This document shows, one piece after another, positions 9,770 to 18,236 of a DNA stretch of 53,993 bases. Position numbers and translations under genes: made by a program. Position 1 is the first letter of the stretch; each line of letters starts with the position of its first letter. Source of the stretch: a virus. Taxonomy: Duplodnaviria > Caudoviricetes. The stretch lies in the IMG/VR virus record IMGVR_UViG_3300012940_000005, positions 1 to 53,993 of that record. The stretch is one strand, 5' to 3'. The notes under the pieces were generated by a model, which was given only the letters and a program-made list of their open reading frames with translations, made no database searches and was not told where the DNA came from.

Positions 9770-10261
9770 TTACCGGCCGGTGCTGCCGTACTGGCGCTGA
9801 ATTTCAGCGCGGCCACGGTGGAAGTGGTCCATGTCCACTTCAACCAGCGGCTTGCCAGACAGGTCAGTGGTTCCGGGCAGGGCCTTCATGGGGTCAAGCG
9901 GTTCCAGCCCAGTGCGGACCTTCGCGCCATCCTTCGCCATGTCGCGGGCGCTGGCTTCGTCATTGACGGCGAAAACCATCTGTTTCTGCACGAAGTCCAG
10001 CCGGGCGTGTCTCTTCACCCACTTGTCCCAAAAATCCTTGGGCACTTCGGTGATGCCGTAGTCCGAGCCCGGCGCCACGATGCGGCGGCTGTTCGCGCCG
10101 TTCAGGCGGATGGCTTTGTAGTCCGGGTCCCCGAACTTGCCAAGCTCGCAAACCAGCCCGTTGGGCAGCTTGCAGCCGATGATGTACACGGCGGTGCCGT
10201 TGGTCCGGCCGGGGTCGCCGGCAGCCTGTTGGGGGTTGCCCTGCGGTTTGGTGTCAGTCAT
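9770..10261 (-). CDS. Conserved head-module hypothetical protein
   Basis: GCKLPNGL...YGITEVPKDFW..W...TGLEPLDP; likely ATG at 10261. Confidence 0.65.
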   Translation of the reverse strand: MTDTKPQGNPQQAAGDPGRTNGTAVYIIGCKLPNGLVCELGKFGDPDYKAIRLNGANSRRIVAPGSDYGITEVPKDFWDKWVKRHARLDFVQKQMVFAVNDEASARDMAKDGAKVRTGLEPLDPMKALPGTTDLSGKPLVEVDMDHFHRGRAEIQRQYGSTGR

Positions 10262-10713
10262 GAAGTCACCCTTGATGTGGTGGAAATGATGGCGAGCCCG
10301 CCCGGCTCCACGTTGCTGACAACGTACCAAGGCGTGGCTTCGGCGTCGGCAGCTTCCCCCGAAATGGCGGCGCCGTCAATCAGCGAAGCGTAAACGCGGT
10401 CCCCGATGTTGGCCCCCGCGGGGAAGCGCGCCCAGTAATCGCCGCCCGCCATCAGCGTGACGCCCACGCCGGGGCGCACGTAGCGCACGCCGCGCGAGAT
10501 ACGCACGGCAGCCGCGCCATTGACGACTGGAAGGACCCAGCCCAGCAGTTCGCCGGGCACGGTGCGGGTGTTGGATGTTTCGCCGGTGTCTGGGTTGGCC
10601 CAGCCGAACCGCGCGACAGCCAGCCCGTCCGGGCCAGCCCTGAATGCGAACGAACCCGCGAGCAATGAAGCCCGCGGGTTCGGGGAGGCAAATGCGCCTT
10701 CGGCCGGGATCAC
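10258..10713 (-). CDS. Capsid cement/decoration protein, short paralog
   Basis: GTG overlaps the MCP stop; G.FAS.NPR...LAG, RF.W, VTL...GD.W, G..VYA...DG motifs shared with 11881-12852. Confidence 0.7.
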   Translation of the reverse strand: MIPAEGAFASPNPRASLLAGSFAFRAGPDGLAVARFGWANPDTGETSNTRTVPGELLGWVLPVVNGAAAVRISRGVRYVRPGVGVTLMAGGDYWARFPAGANIGDRVYASLIDGAAISGEAADAEATPWYVVSNVEPGGLAIISTTSRVTS

Positions 10714-11816
10714 GCGCCGATCAGGCCCACGATGGCGAACGGGTTGAAGATGACCGTTCCGAACGTGCCCTGACTCTTCTTCTGGCTCCACGAAGAATGA
10801 CCGACCACAACCGCGTGGGCGCGCATCTTCTCCGTGTACGCCGTGGTGGCGGTCTGCTGGCCCTGCACTTCGTTGCAGATAAGCTGAACCAGTTGACCGG
10901 CCGCCGTTTCGTACTCCACCGCCGTTTTCACGGTCAGGTTGGGGAAATTCTTCTTCAGCATGTCCTGCACGCTGACGTTGAACTGGTTGGTTTTCGTCAG
11001 TGCCATTTCCAGTACCGGCGACATGGCCAGCGTCATGGCGGACTTGGCGTTCACCACGCCGTTGGACTGCCACTGAAGCTGCACGAACATGCGGCGGATG
11101 TCTTCGTAGACCGCGGTGGCATCGGTGCCGCTCGCGTTCCACGAAGCGCTGGCCGCAATGGGCGCGTACAGGCTGGGGTCATTCAGCAGGCCATAGTTGG
11201 CAATGCCGCTGATGCCGAAGAAATAGGACGCGTTCTGGTACTTGTTCAGGACCAGAATGGACGCTTCGTTCACCTTGTTCGCCCAGTCCACGCGGGCCAG
11301 ACCGGCACGCGCAAGCTGGAGTTCACCCCAGTTGGTGAACGTCTGATAGTGGAACGACTGCCGAACCGGGAAATTCAGGTTCGCGCTGGACGAACCGTTG
11401 TTGTTGAAGTCCCCGTAGGCCGACGTTTCACCCGTCAGTTCCACAGACATGAACTGCGCGTGGGTGGTCGTCCAGTCGCCCTTCTTTTCCTCGCTGCCCA
11501 CGATTTCCGTGGCCTGCATCGGGCTGACCAGCACCTGAATGATGCGCGGGTCCACGTAGTTCGTCAGGTACGCGGGAATGCCGCCGTTCGTGACCGTGAC
11601 CAGTTCCGGCTGCGCGTCGCAGACAACGCCCACGCCGTCCGCGGCCAGCTTCAGTTCAATCTGGTCCGCCGGTTCCTTGAGGAAACCGACCACGCCCAGA
11701 CGCGAGTCAAAAACGATACCGTGACGCGCAAGCTGCGCGAGGATTGCCGCCGACATGCCGGCCTTGACCGCTTCGCGGACCTTGTTCACGTCCATTGCCA
11801 GAATCGGCGCTTTCAT
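10710..11816 (-). CDS. Major capsid protein (DUF2184-like)
   Basis: 368 aa; DAQP.L.T..N.GIP..LT.YVDP, KKGDW, YGD, NYGLLNDP motifs. Confidence 0.9.
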   Translation of the reverse strand: MKAPILAMDVNKVREAVKAGMSAAILAQLARHGIVFDSRLGVVGFLKEPADQIELKLAADGVGVVCDAQPELVTVTNGGIPAYLTNYVDPRIIQVLVSPMQATEIVGSEEKKGDWTTTHAQFMSVELTGETSAYGDFNNNGSSSANLNFPVRQSFHYQTFTNWGELQLARAGLARVDWANKVNEASILVLNKYQNASYFFGISGIANYGLLNDPSLYAPIAASASWNASGTDATAVYEDIRRMFVQLQWQSNGVVNAKSAMTLAMSPVLEMALTKTNQFNVSVQDMLKKNFPNLTVKTAVEYETAAGQLVQLICNEVQGQQTATTAYTEKMRAHAVVVGHSSWSQKKSQGTFGTVIFNPFAIVGLIGA

Positions 11817-11880
11817 GTTCGTTACCTTCGTCAGAATTTCGGATGTGTCTGTCAGTTGTGGGGCCGGGCGTCGCGGCAGT

Positions 11881-12852
11881 TTAACCCGCCGGACGGCTGA
11901 TTTTCACCAGCTTGCCCGCGCTGAACACCGCGTCATTGAACGTGGTGACAGCCGGGCCGATGGTGTTCAACTGGTACGTGCCCGCGCCGCCCGGAGTACC
12001 GGAAAGCTGCGCCTGCACGAACAGGTTGGCAGGCACGCCCGTGCCCGTCAGGTTCTGGCCCACTTCAATGGCGCCCGCCGTCAGCGTGGTGACAGTCAGC
12101 ACACCCGTGCCGGCTGCGATGCTGCAACCCGTGGCCGTGGCATCCGCCGGAACCGCGGACTGGAACGTAAACCCGGTGTCCTCCGCGTCCGCCGTGACGG
12201 TGGCAGAGCCGACCGTTTCCGAAACGGACATTTGGTACGTACCTGCGCCGCCCGGCGTGCCGGTCAACTGCGCAACCACCACACTGGCCGCGTCGGTGCC
12301 GGACAGGTGCATGCCGGGAACCAGCGCGCCCTTCGTCACGGCAGAAATGGTCATGGTGGTGCCGGCCTGCACGCCCGTGGCGCTGAAGGCCACCGGGTCA
12401 TTGGTCACTTCACCGTCATACTGGCGCGCGTACACGGTGTCATTGGCCGCGACCACGCCCGCGAGCGGGGCAACCGGCTGCACCCAGAAGTCACCGCGGG
12501 TGAACAGCGTCACCGGGAAGCCGTTTTCTACGGCCATGCGGACCACGTTGGGGTACCCGGCATTGCCAGAATCCGGGAACGGAATGACGGTCTGGAGTTC
12601 ATTGGCGACGAACCCCGCGACGCTGGAACCCGCCGGCTTCTGGGAGCCCGCGAACTGGCCCTGACCCCATGCGAACCGGCCGATAACGGCCAGATTCTTC
12701 ACGGACAGGTACGTGTTGCCCAGCCCTGAACGGAACTGGCCGGCACCCGCCAGCGCCGTGGCGCGGGGGTTCATGCTCGCAAAGTCACCGACCACTGCCG
12801 GGGGCGGCTCGCGGTTGACGAAAGTCTGGAAACCGTTGCGTGAAATGGTCAT
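11881..12852 (-). CDS. Capsid cement/decoration protein with two inserted beta-rich domains
   Basis: GFQ..VN..P...V.GDFAS.NPR N-terminus; two GTPGGAGTYQ units. Confidence 0.75.
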   Translation of the reverse strand: MTISRNGFQTFVNREPPPAVVGDFASMNPRATALAGAGQFRSGLGNTYLSVKNLAVIGRFAWGQGQFAGSQKPAGSSVAGFVANELQTVIPFPDSGNAGYPNVVRMAVENGFPVTLFTRGDFWVQPVAPLAGVVAANDTVYARQYDGEVTNDPVAFSATGVQAGTTMTISAVTKGALVPGMHLSGTDAASVVVAQLTGTPGGAGTYQMSVSETVGSATVTADAEDTGFTFQSAVPADATATGCSIAAGTGVLTVTTLTAGAIEVGQNLTGTGVPANLFVQAQLSGTPGGAGTYQLNTIGPAVTTFNDAVFSAGKLVKISRPAG

Positions 12853-12855
12853 GGC

Positions 12856-14121
12856 TTAACCCTTGCGAATGTGTGAAAGGCCCAGCAGGGCTTTGATGTC
12901 ACCGAACTGCGCCGCTGCGTCTTGCGCCACTGGGGCGGCAGGCGCGGCGGCTGCTTTCGCGCTTGCTTCGTACAGCGCCGGAAGTTCCGCCGCTGCTTTG
13001 TCCTTGTGCTCCACCTTCAGGTGGTCGAGTGCGAAGCGGTACACCGCTTCAGCCGTGTCCAGCGCCACTTCGCCCACCGTGTCTTCCACGGCCTTGCGGG
13101 CGGCGTACAGCGCGTGAACTTCCGCGCGGGCCGCGTCGGCTGCCTGCGTGGCCGCCTTCGTGACCGCTTCGTCCATGGCCACCTTCGTCACCATGTCCTT
13201 GGTGGCGTTCGCCACAGCTTCGTCCACCGCCAGTTTCGTGGCCGCTTGGATGGCCGCTTCGTCGGCGGCCTGCGGCTGGCGTCCTTCGGTCGCCGCATGC
13301 GGGGCGCCCTTTTTGTCGGCCGCCGCGCGCTTGTACGCTTCGGCCTTGTCTTCATCGGTCAGCGCGTCCAGAGCCTTGTTTATGGACTTCGCGTACGCGT
13401 CACACGCCGCCTTCATTTCGTCTTCGGACAGGCAGTGTTCCACTTCCACCCGCTTCAGGTCCGATGCCAGCGCGGCGTCCAGCGCCACAGCCTGTTCCGC
13501 ATTCATCGAAGGCAGAACGCCAGCCAGTGCAGACATCAGGGCTTTGAAACGCATGTTGGAAAACTCCGTGGGCTGTTCGTCCGCCACCAGTACGTCAGGG
13601 CCTGCGCGGCCTTCTTTCACCAGTGCGACGTGGTTTCCCATAATGTCGCGCATCACGCCGTCATATGCAACACCTTCCGGCGCGCGCCCCGGCGTCATAT
13701 CTGCGCGGTAACGGTACCCGGCCGACAGTTCCCGCTGCCGTTCGGACTTCACCGCCTTGATTGCCTGCGCAGTCCACAGTGACAGCGGAGCCTTCAGGTA
13801 GGTGCCGTCAAACGTCACGTCCGTGCCAATTGACCCCACTACCAGTTCATCCGGGTGTTCATCCGCGGTGACGGGCTGGTGGTGCAAAAGCACCGGCTTC
13901 CCCGCAAACGTGGACGCTGCGCGCTTCAGTTCTTCAGGGTGCCGGTACAGCCAATAAACGCGGTTCGCGTCCAGCCCCAACGCCTGATAGTCCGGGATTT
14001 CCCGGCCGAAGTAGGGGCACACATTGGCCTTGGAAATGGGGGTCATTTCCACGTGCATGTGCCCATCCACATCCTGCCGGCGGACGGAACGGTCAGTGGC
14101 GATGATGGTGGCTTGAGACAT
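12856..14121 (-). CDS. Prohead protease/scaffold (DUF2213-like)
   Basis: ISKANVCPY.G.EIP, ELSAGY, NHVALV..GRAG motifs, Ala-rich scaffold tail; likely ATG at 14121. Confidence 0.85.
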   Translation of the reverse strand: MSQATIIATDRSVRRQDVDGHMHVEMTPISKANVCPYFGREIPDYQALGLDANRVYWLYRHPEELKRAASTFAGKPVLLHHQPVTADEHPDELVVGSIGTDVTFDGTYLKAPLSLWTAQAIKAVKSERQRELSAGYRYRADMTPGRAPEGVAYDGVMRDIMGNHVALVKEGRAGPDVLVADEQPTEFSNMRFKALMSALAGVLPSMNAEQAVALDAALASDLKRVEVEHCLSEDEMKAACDAYAKSINKALDALTDEDKAEAYKRAAADKKGAPHAATEGRQPQAADEAAIQAATKLAVDEAVANATKDMVTKVAMDEAVTKAATQAADAARAEVHALYAARKAVEDTVGEVALDTAEAVYRFALDHLKVEHKDKAAAELPALYEASAKAAAAPAAPVAQDAAAQFGDIKALLGLSHIRKG

Positions 14122-14175
14122 GGCCCCAGTGTGACGTGGGGCCACGATATGGTCAACGGCCGTGAATGGCCGCCA

Positions 14176-14856
14176 TCAGCTTTTTGCGGGACGGGGGTTG
14201 CGTTTCCGCTTCTTCGCGAGTCGGCGGGTGCGACCCGTGAACGGGTTGTGAACTGCCAGTGTTCCCGCGGGAGCAATGCCCGTGCCAACATACGCCGGGG
14301 CGTGCGGGTCATCCACTATCACTTGCGTTGCAGACTTCCCCAGCAACAGCCGCGTGGCCCCGTGTTCACGCTCCGTGTACTGCGGCGGGTTGTGGTCCCT
14401 GAAAAGTTCCTTCAGATGCTTCGCCACCTTCGCCGCTTCCGCCAGTGCGCGTTCCATATCAGCACGCGGCGGCCGGTCATCCGTCAGTTTCCCACACGCA
14501 ATAGCGTCCAGAATGATGGCGCAGCACGCTCCCACGCTGGCCAGTTCATGCACCAGCGTGTGGGGGTCCACATCCTGACCATTCCAGAACTTGGACAGAT
14601 GCCGGCGCATCGCTCGCACGTAGGTGGAGACTTTCACGCCGGCCACACGCCAATTGTATTGACCGTACTTCAGCGCGCCTTCCAGAAACGCCAGATTGAA
14701 CAGCGCCACCGCAGTGTCCGGCAGCAAGTCCATGGGCATCTTCATGTCCCCAAACGCTTCCTTGGGGTTTGACGCTTTGGTCATTTCCGTTTGGGGTCCG
14801 TTGCCGAAAAGGAATTTGTAGGCTTCCTTGACGGTGCGTTTGTGACGGCGGGCCAT
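14176..14856 (-). CDS. dATP/dGTP diphosphohydrolase-like protein (DUF5664)
   Basis: K.P.DLLP...GA.KYG.YNW..G...Y..A..RHL..FW.G.D.D....H.LA motif. Confidence 0.8.
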   Translation of the reverse strand: MARRHKRTVKEAYKFLFGNGPQTEMTKASNPKEAFGDMKMPMDLLPDTAVALFNLAFLEGALKYGQYNWRVAGVKVSTYVRAMRRHLSKFWNGQDVDPHTLVHELASVGACCAIILDAIACGKLTDDRPPRADMERALAEAAKVAKHLKELFRDHNPPQYTEREHGATRLLLGKSATQVIVDDPHAPAYVGTGIAPAGTLAVHNPFTGRTRRLAKKRKRNPRPAKS

Positions 14857-14858
14857 GG

Positions 14859-15365
14859 TTATTTCACCGGGCTGAACATGGCGATACCATCCGCCCACGC
14901 CAGCGCAAGCTGGTGTTGGATGAATTCCGCCGGCACTTCCGTGGCGTCCTGCGCTTCCGGGTCATACAGCGCAAACCGTTTGCCGGTGTGCAGCCCCACG
15001 AACGCTTCCACGCGGGCGCCCTTGGAATTCTCCCAACCCGGCAGAAAACAGATGCCGTCAATGGACGCGCGTGTCACATCCTGCGTTCCATCTTCGTAAA
15101 TGGGGCTGACTGCAACCACCACGCCGTCCGCCAGCATCTTCACGTCACGGGCCAGAGCATCGCCCCACGTTTCGCTGACACCAGACATGGGCTTGCCGTC
15201 CTTGCTCGCCATGGCTGCGGCTGCAACGTCTTCAGGGTCCGTTTCGGCGGGGCTGACCACATCGTAACCGGCGGCGCGGAGCGCAGCAGCGGCAGCGTGG
15301 AAGGCAGGGAAGTTGAACGCAGGAATGCCCGACATGGGGCCGGCGATGTAGTAACGCATGGTCAA
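14859..15365 (-). CDS. DUF4406 nucleoside 2-deoxyribosyltransferase-like protein
   Basis: YIAGPMSG...FN.PAF...SPAE...LPGWE.SKGAR.E. Confidence 0.8.
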   Translation of the reverse strand: MTMRYYIAGPMSGIPAFNFPAFHAAAAALRAAGYDVVSPAETDPEDVAAAAMASKDGKPMSGVSETWGDALARDVKMLADGVVVAVSPIYEDGTQDVTRASIDGICFLPGWENSKGARVEAFVGLHTGKRFALYDPEAQDATEVPAEFIQHQLALAWADGIAMFSPVK

Positions 15366-15691
15366 AGTTTCTCCACTTGGGTCAATTTTTCAGGGGAAAG
15401 GTATGGGCTGACCAAACGGGCAAACGTTCTAGCACGCTCCCCACTGATTCGCCAGCGCCAATAATCGGACTTCGTTACACCTTGTCGGCGGACTACGCCC
15501 AACGCGCCGCCAAAATACGTTTGGAGACGTTCAAGCGGCCAGCGTTGTTTCTGCGTGGCGCTTACTTCCGCCGTGGTGTTATTGCGGCCTACGTGGCCGT
15601 CACCTTCGATAAACCCGGCCGCCCATGCGATGATGTAAGCGTCAGGTGTCTGGGTAGGCTCAAGAACCGCCCAGCGTTTCGAGCGGTTCAA
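15362..15691 (-). CDS. Single-motif LAGLIDADG homing endonuclease-like protein
   Basis: WAAGFIEGDG motif, L..LQ..FGG, Y.W.I.G, PYL. Confidence 0.75.
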   Translation of the reverse strand: MNRSKRWAVLEPTQTPDAYIIAWAAGFIEGDGHVGRNNTTAEVSATQKQRWPLERLQTYFGGALGVVRRQGVTKSDYWRWRISGERARTFARLVSPYLSPEKLTQVEKL

Positions 15692-15936
15692 TACACGTCC
15701 CCGTTCTGTTGGATTTTGCCGTCTTCATACGGTGCGGCACGCCGCCTGTAAAGCTCCAGCTTGGCGCACTCTAGCGCACCAACAGCGGCGTTGATGGCCT
15801 CATAGTTGGCGCCCTTGCGCTGTACGAAGCCCCAGACAAGCCGGGTAATTTGGAAGTTCAGTTCCCCGGCAGTCTGGGCTTGGGATACGGTGTCAGGCTC
15901 CAGCACGGGCCTGCGTTCAGGTGGGATGTACGGCAC
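15688..15936 (-). CDS. Conserved phage protein (DUF6899-like)
   Basis: MPYI...R..., GELN..IT, GALECAKLELYRR..APYED.KI..NGDV. Confidence 0.7.
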   Translation of the reverse strand: MPYIPPERRPVLEPDTVSQAQTAGELNFQITRLVWGFVQRKGANYEAINAAVGALECAKLELYRRRAAPYEDGKIQQNGDVY

Positions 15937-15943
15937 GGGTTGA

Positions 15944-17413
15944 CTATGCGGTCAAACGGTAGTGGCCGTCAACGATGATGATAAGTTGACGCTTGCCGTC
16001 ATGCTGTAGTAACACGTCCGCGTTCAGCCACCCACTGGCCCCGTGGTTGTAGTCCAACCGCAGCAGCGTGCCGGTACCGGCTTGGTAGCAGCCTTCCTCA
16101 ATCCCCGGCACGTGGCTGTGGAAGATAATGGACCGCGTGCCGATACGTCGCAGGTTGCGGATACTACCGCGCGCACCGTTCGGCCCCTTGTCACCATGCA
16201 TGCCCATTTCCACGCCGGCCATGCTGAAGGATTCATCCAAGTCCAACACGCGCGCCCGCGGCACCTTGGCGCGGCGGAACCAGTACGCGAACGGGTCAGG
16301 GTAGTGGACGCCGTTGGCTTCTACACGCGCGCCTTCCACCAGCATGCGCTGCGTGTCCAACAGGAACGGGGCGTTTCGGAAATCATCCTGCCAGTTGGTA
16401 CGCAGCGCCCAGCGGCGCAGGAAATCATTGTGGTTGCACGCCTGTATAATCGACTCCGTACCCTTCGGGGTGTGCCGGCGCACGTAGTCAATGGTTTCGT
16501 TCACTTCCTCCCGCACGTCATCCATGCCGGACTTGAACTTCGCATAGCGTTCAATCGCGCTGTGGTGCGGGTTCATGCTCTGGCCGTCCAACAGGTCCGC
16601 CCAGATTAGTTTCTGCGGCCGGGCCACTTCCACGATGCCACCAGCGCTGAACCGCGCGGCTTCTACGCCGGGGCACAGAACGCGCACGTGGGCGTCACCC
16701 ATGCCCAGCGCAAGCGCTCGTGGGGCGTGCTTCACGCTGCCGTCAGCGAAAAACTGCGTGGCGTTGGCGCCGTCCGTGCAGCTTTTCGTGGCTTTGTTGA
16801 AGTGAAGCTGGCGCAGGTAGAACCGCGGCCCGTCCAGTTCCACCAACGTGGCACACAGCGAGTGGTGGAACGCCGCCACCTGCCCCGCGCGTGACGTGGT
16901 GTAGTTTTCCACCGTACACGCGCCGGTGGTGGTCAGAATCTTCGCCATGCGCCCGGACGGAACCGGGATGGACTTTAGTTGCAGCTTGGTGTGGCCGATG
17001 ATGCCGCTGGACGATGTGGAAATGGCCTCCGCGCCAGTCAGCGGGCTTTCCGCCGTGGGCTGCACCGGGATGTCTGCCAGCAGCGTCAAGTGTTCGTGAA
17101 GCTGGTGGCGCACGTTCCACAGGTAGGGCGTGACCGCCTTGTCCCAATGCTCCGCACGCTGCTGGGAGCCCGTCCACTGGGACGTGGGGTTTTTGTACCG
17201 CAGCGGCACCACAAGGATTTCCGCTTCCATGGCTTCGGCCATCACCAGAATGGTGGCCCACCAATCAGCGTGAACCGGAGTTGCGTTCTGCGCGGCGGTG
17301 ATGATGAACCGCTTGCAGCCGGGGCGCAGTTCACGGGAATAGGTGGTGGGGCGGGTGTTGTTGCCGTACATGGGGTCATGCGCGGCGCGGAACGTTTCCA
17401 GATTGCGGGTCAC
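15944..17413 (-). CDS. T5 A1-like metallophosphoesterase-fold DNase
   Basis: KRFIIT..QN.T, TG..T..NY...AGQ.A..H, F..RQL, GD.H, NH, G.HG..G.NG.RG, H.H...I..G.Y.AG, GAS.W match my recollection of T5 A1. Confidence 0.75.
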   Translation of the reverse strand: MTRNLETFRAAHDPMYGNNTRPTTYSRELRPGCKRFIITAAQNATPVHADWWATILVMAEAMEAEILVVPLRYKNPTSQWTGSQQRAEHWDKAVTPYLWNVRHQLHEHLTLLADIPVQPTAESPLTGAEAISTSSSGIIGHTKLQLKSIPVPSGRMAKILTTTGACTVENYTTSRAGQVAAFHHSLCATLVELDGPRFYLRQLHFNKATKSCTDGANATQFFADGSVKHAPRALALGMGDAHVRVLCPGVEAARFSAGGIVEVARPQKLIWADLLDGQSMNPHHSAIERYAKFKSGMDDVREEVNETIDYVRRHTPKGTESIIQACNHNDFLRRWALRTNWQDDFRNAPFLLDTQRMLVEGARVEANGVHYPDPFAYWFRRAKVPRARVLDLDESFSMAGVEMGMHGDKGPNGARGSIRNLRRIGTRSIIFHSHVPGIEEGCYQAGTGTLLRLDYNHGASGWLNADVLLQHDGKRQLIIIVDGHYRLTA

Positions 17414-17515
17414 GGTACAGGTTCCTGATGCTGGGAGGACGGGGGCGCCGCAGGGCCAGCGGGACTTTGGTGCGCAGTGCTGCCCGTGGTGCCGGCAGCG
17501 CCCCAGTTCTTTAGC

Positions 17516-17833
17516 CTACTCGCCGCGGGCCTTTTTTGCAGCCTTTGCGGTGGCGAACCACACCCAGCGCGGGCCGCGCCGGCTGCCGGTGTCCTGCTTC
17601 ACCTGCACCACATGTTCAGCGAACTGGTCACGGTACTGGCTCAACTGGACGCCGCTAATGCCGGCACGCTTGATGAACGGCGTCCCCTCCGGGTCCGTGG
17701 CTTCGTAGGCGTAGGCTTCTTCCCCGTCTTCTTTCCGCATCTGTTCCAGCGCGGCGCGGATTTTGTTGGGGATTTTCACGTCATCGTTGTGGGATGCGGC
17801 GAACGTCGCAAGGTTACGGCGGGCTTTGGGCAT
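17516..17833 (-). CDS. Hypothetical protein
   Basis: 105-aa ORF in operon orientation; N-terminus resembles that of the A1-like protein. Confidence 0.7.
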   Translation of the reverse strand: MPKARRNLATFAASHNDDVKIPNKIRAALEQMRKEDGEEAYAYEATDPEGTPFIKRAGISGVQLSQYRDQFAEHVVQVKQDTGSRRGPRWVWFATAKAAKKARGE

Positions 17834-17894
17834 TGTCTGACACCTTCGTCAGTTGTTAGAGGGTTGGGGTTCTAGCATGTTCCCGCGGGAACAA

Positions 17895-18221
17895 TCAACC
17901 GGGCTCCACGTAAGCGTGCCCGAAAATTCGTTCATGAATGCGCTGGAAGGCAACCCCGTGGCCGTCCCAATCGGGGACGTTCCATTCATGCAGTTGCTGG
18001 TGAATCATTTCATGCGCCATGGTGTCGCGCAGTAACAGTTCCGTGTTCGCCAGCACCTTGCTGATGCGGATGGATGGGCCGCCGCCATTGTTCGGCCCGT
18101 TGTAATAGCCGTACGTGCGGCGGGACCGCGTGACGCGAATGGGGACCGGGTGCAGGCCCCCGCTGAAATGTTCCGCGTTAAGCCGCTCCCAAAGCAATTT
18201 CAGTTTAGCAATTTGGCCCAT
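17895..18221 (-). CDS. SprT-like zinc metalloprotease
   Basis: N...F.G.L, HEMIH zincin motif, downstream HG..F. Confidence 0.8.
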   Translation of the reverse strand: MGQIAKLKLLWERLNAEHFSGGLHPVPIRVTRSRRTYGYYNGPNNGGGPSIRISKVLANTELLLRDTMAHEMIHQQLHEWNVPDWDGHGVAFQRIHERIFGHAYVEPG

Positions 18222-18236
18222 TCGCTAAAGTCTATG

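Noticed and set aside
14176-15365. 2-aminoadenine (Z) or deazaguanine DNA modification system
   Set aside because: The diphosphohydrolase and MazG are present, but I see no PurZ, DatZ-type HD enzyme, DpdA or Que genes
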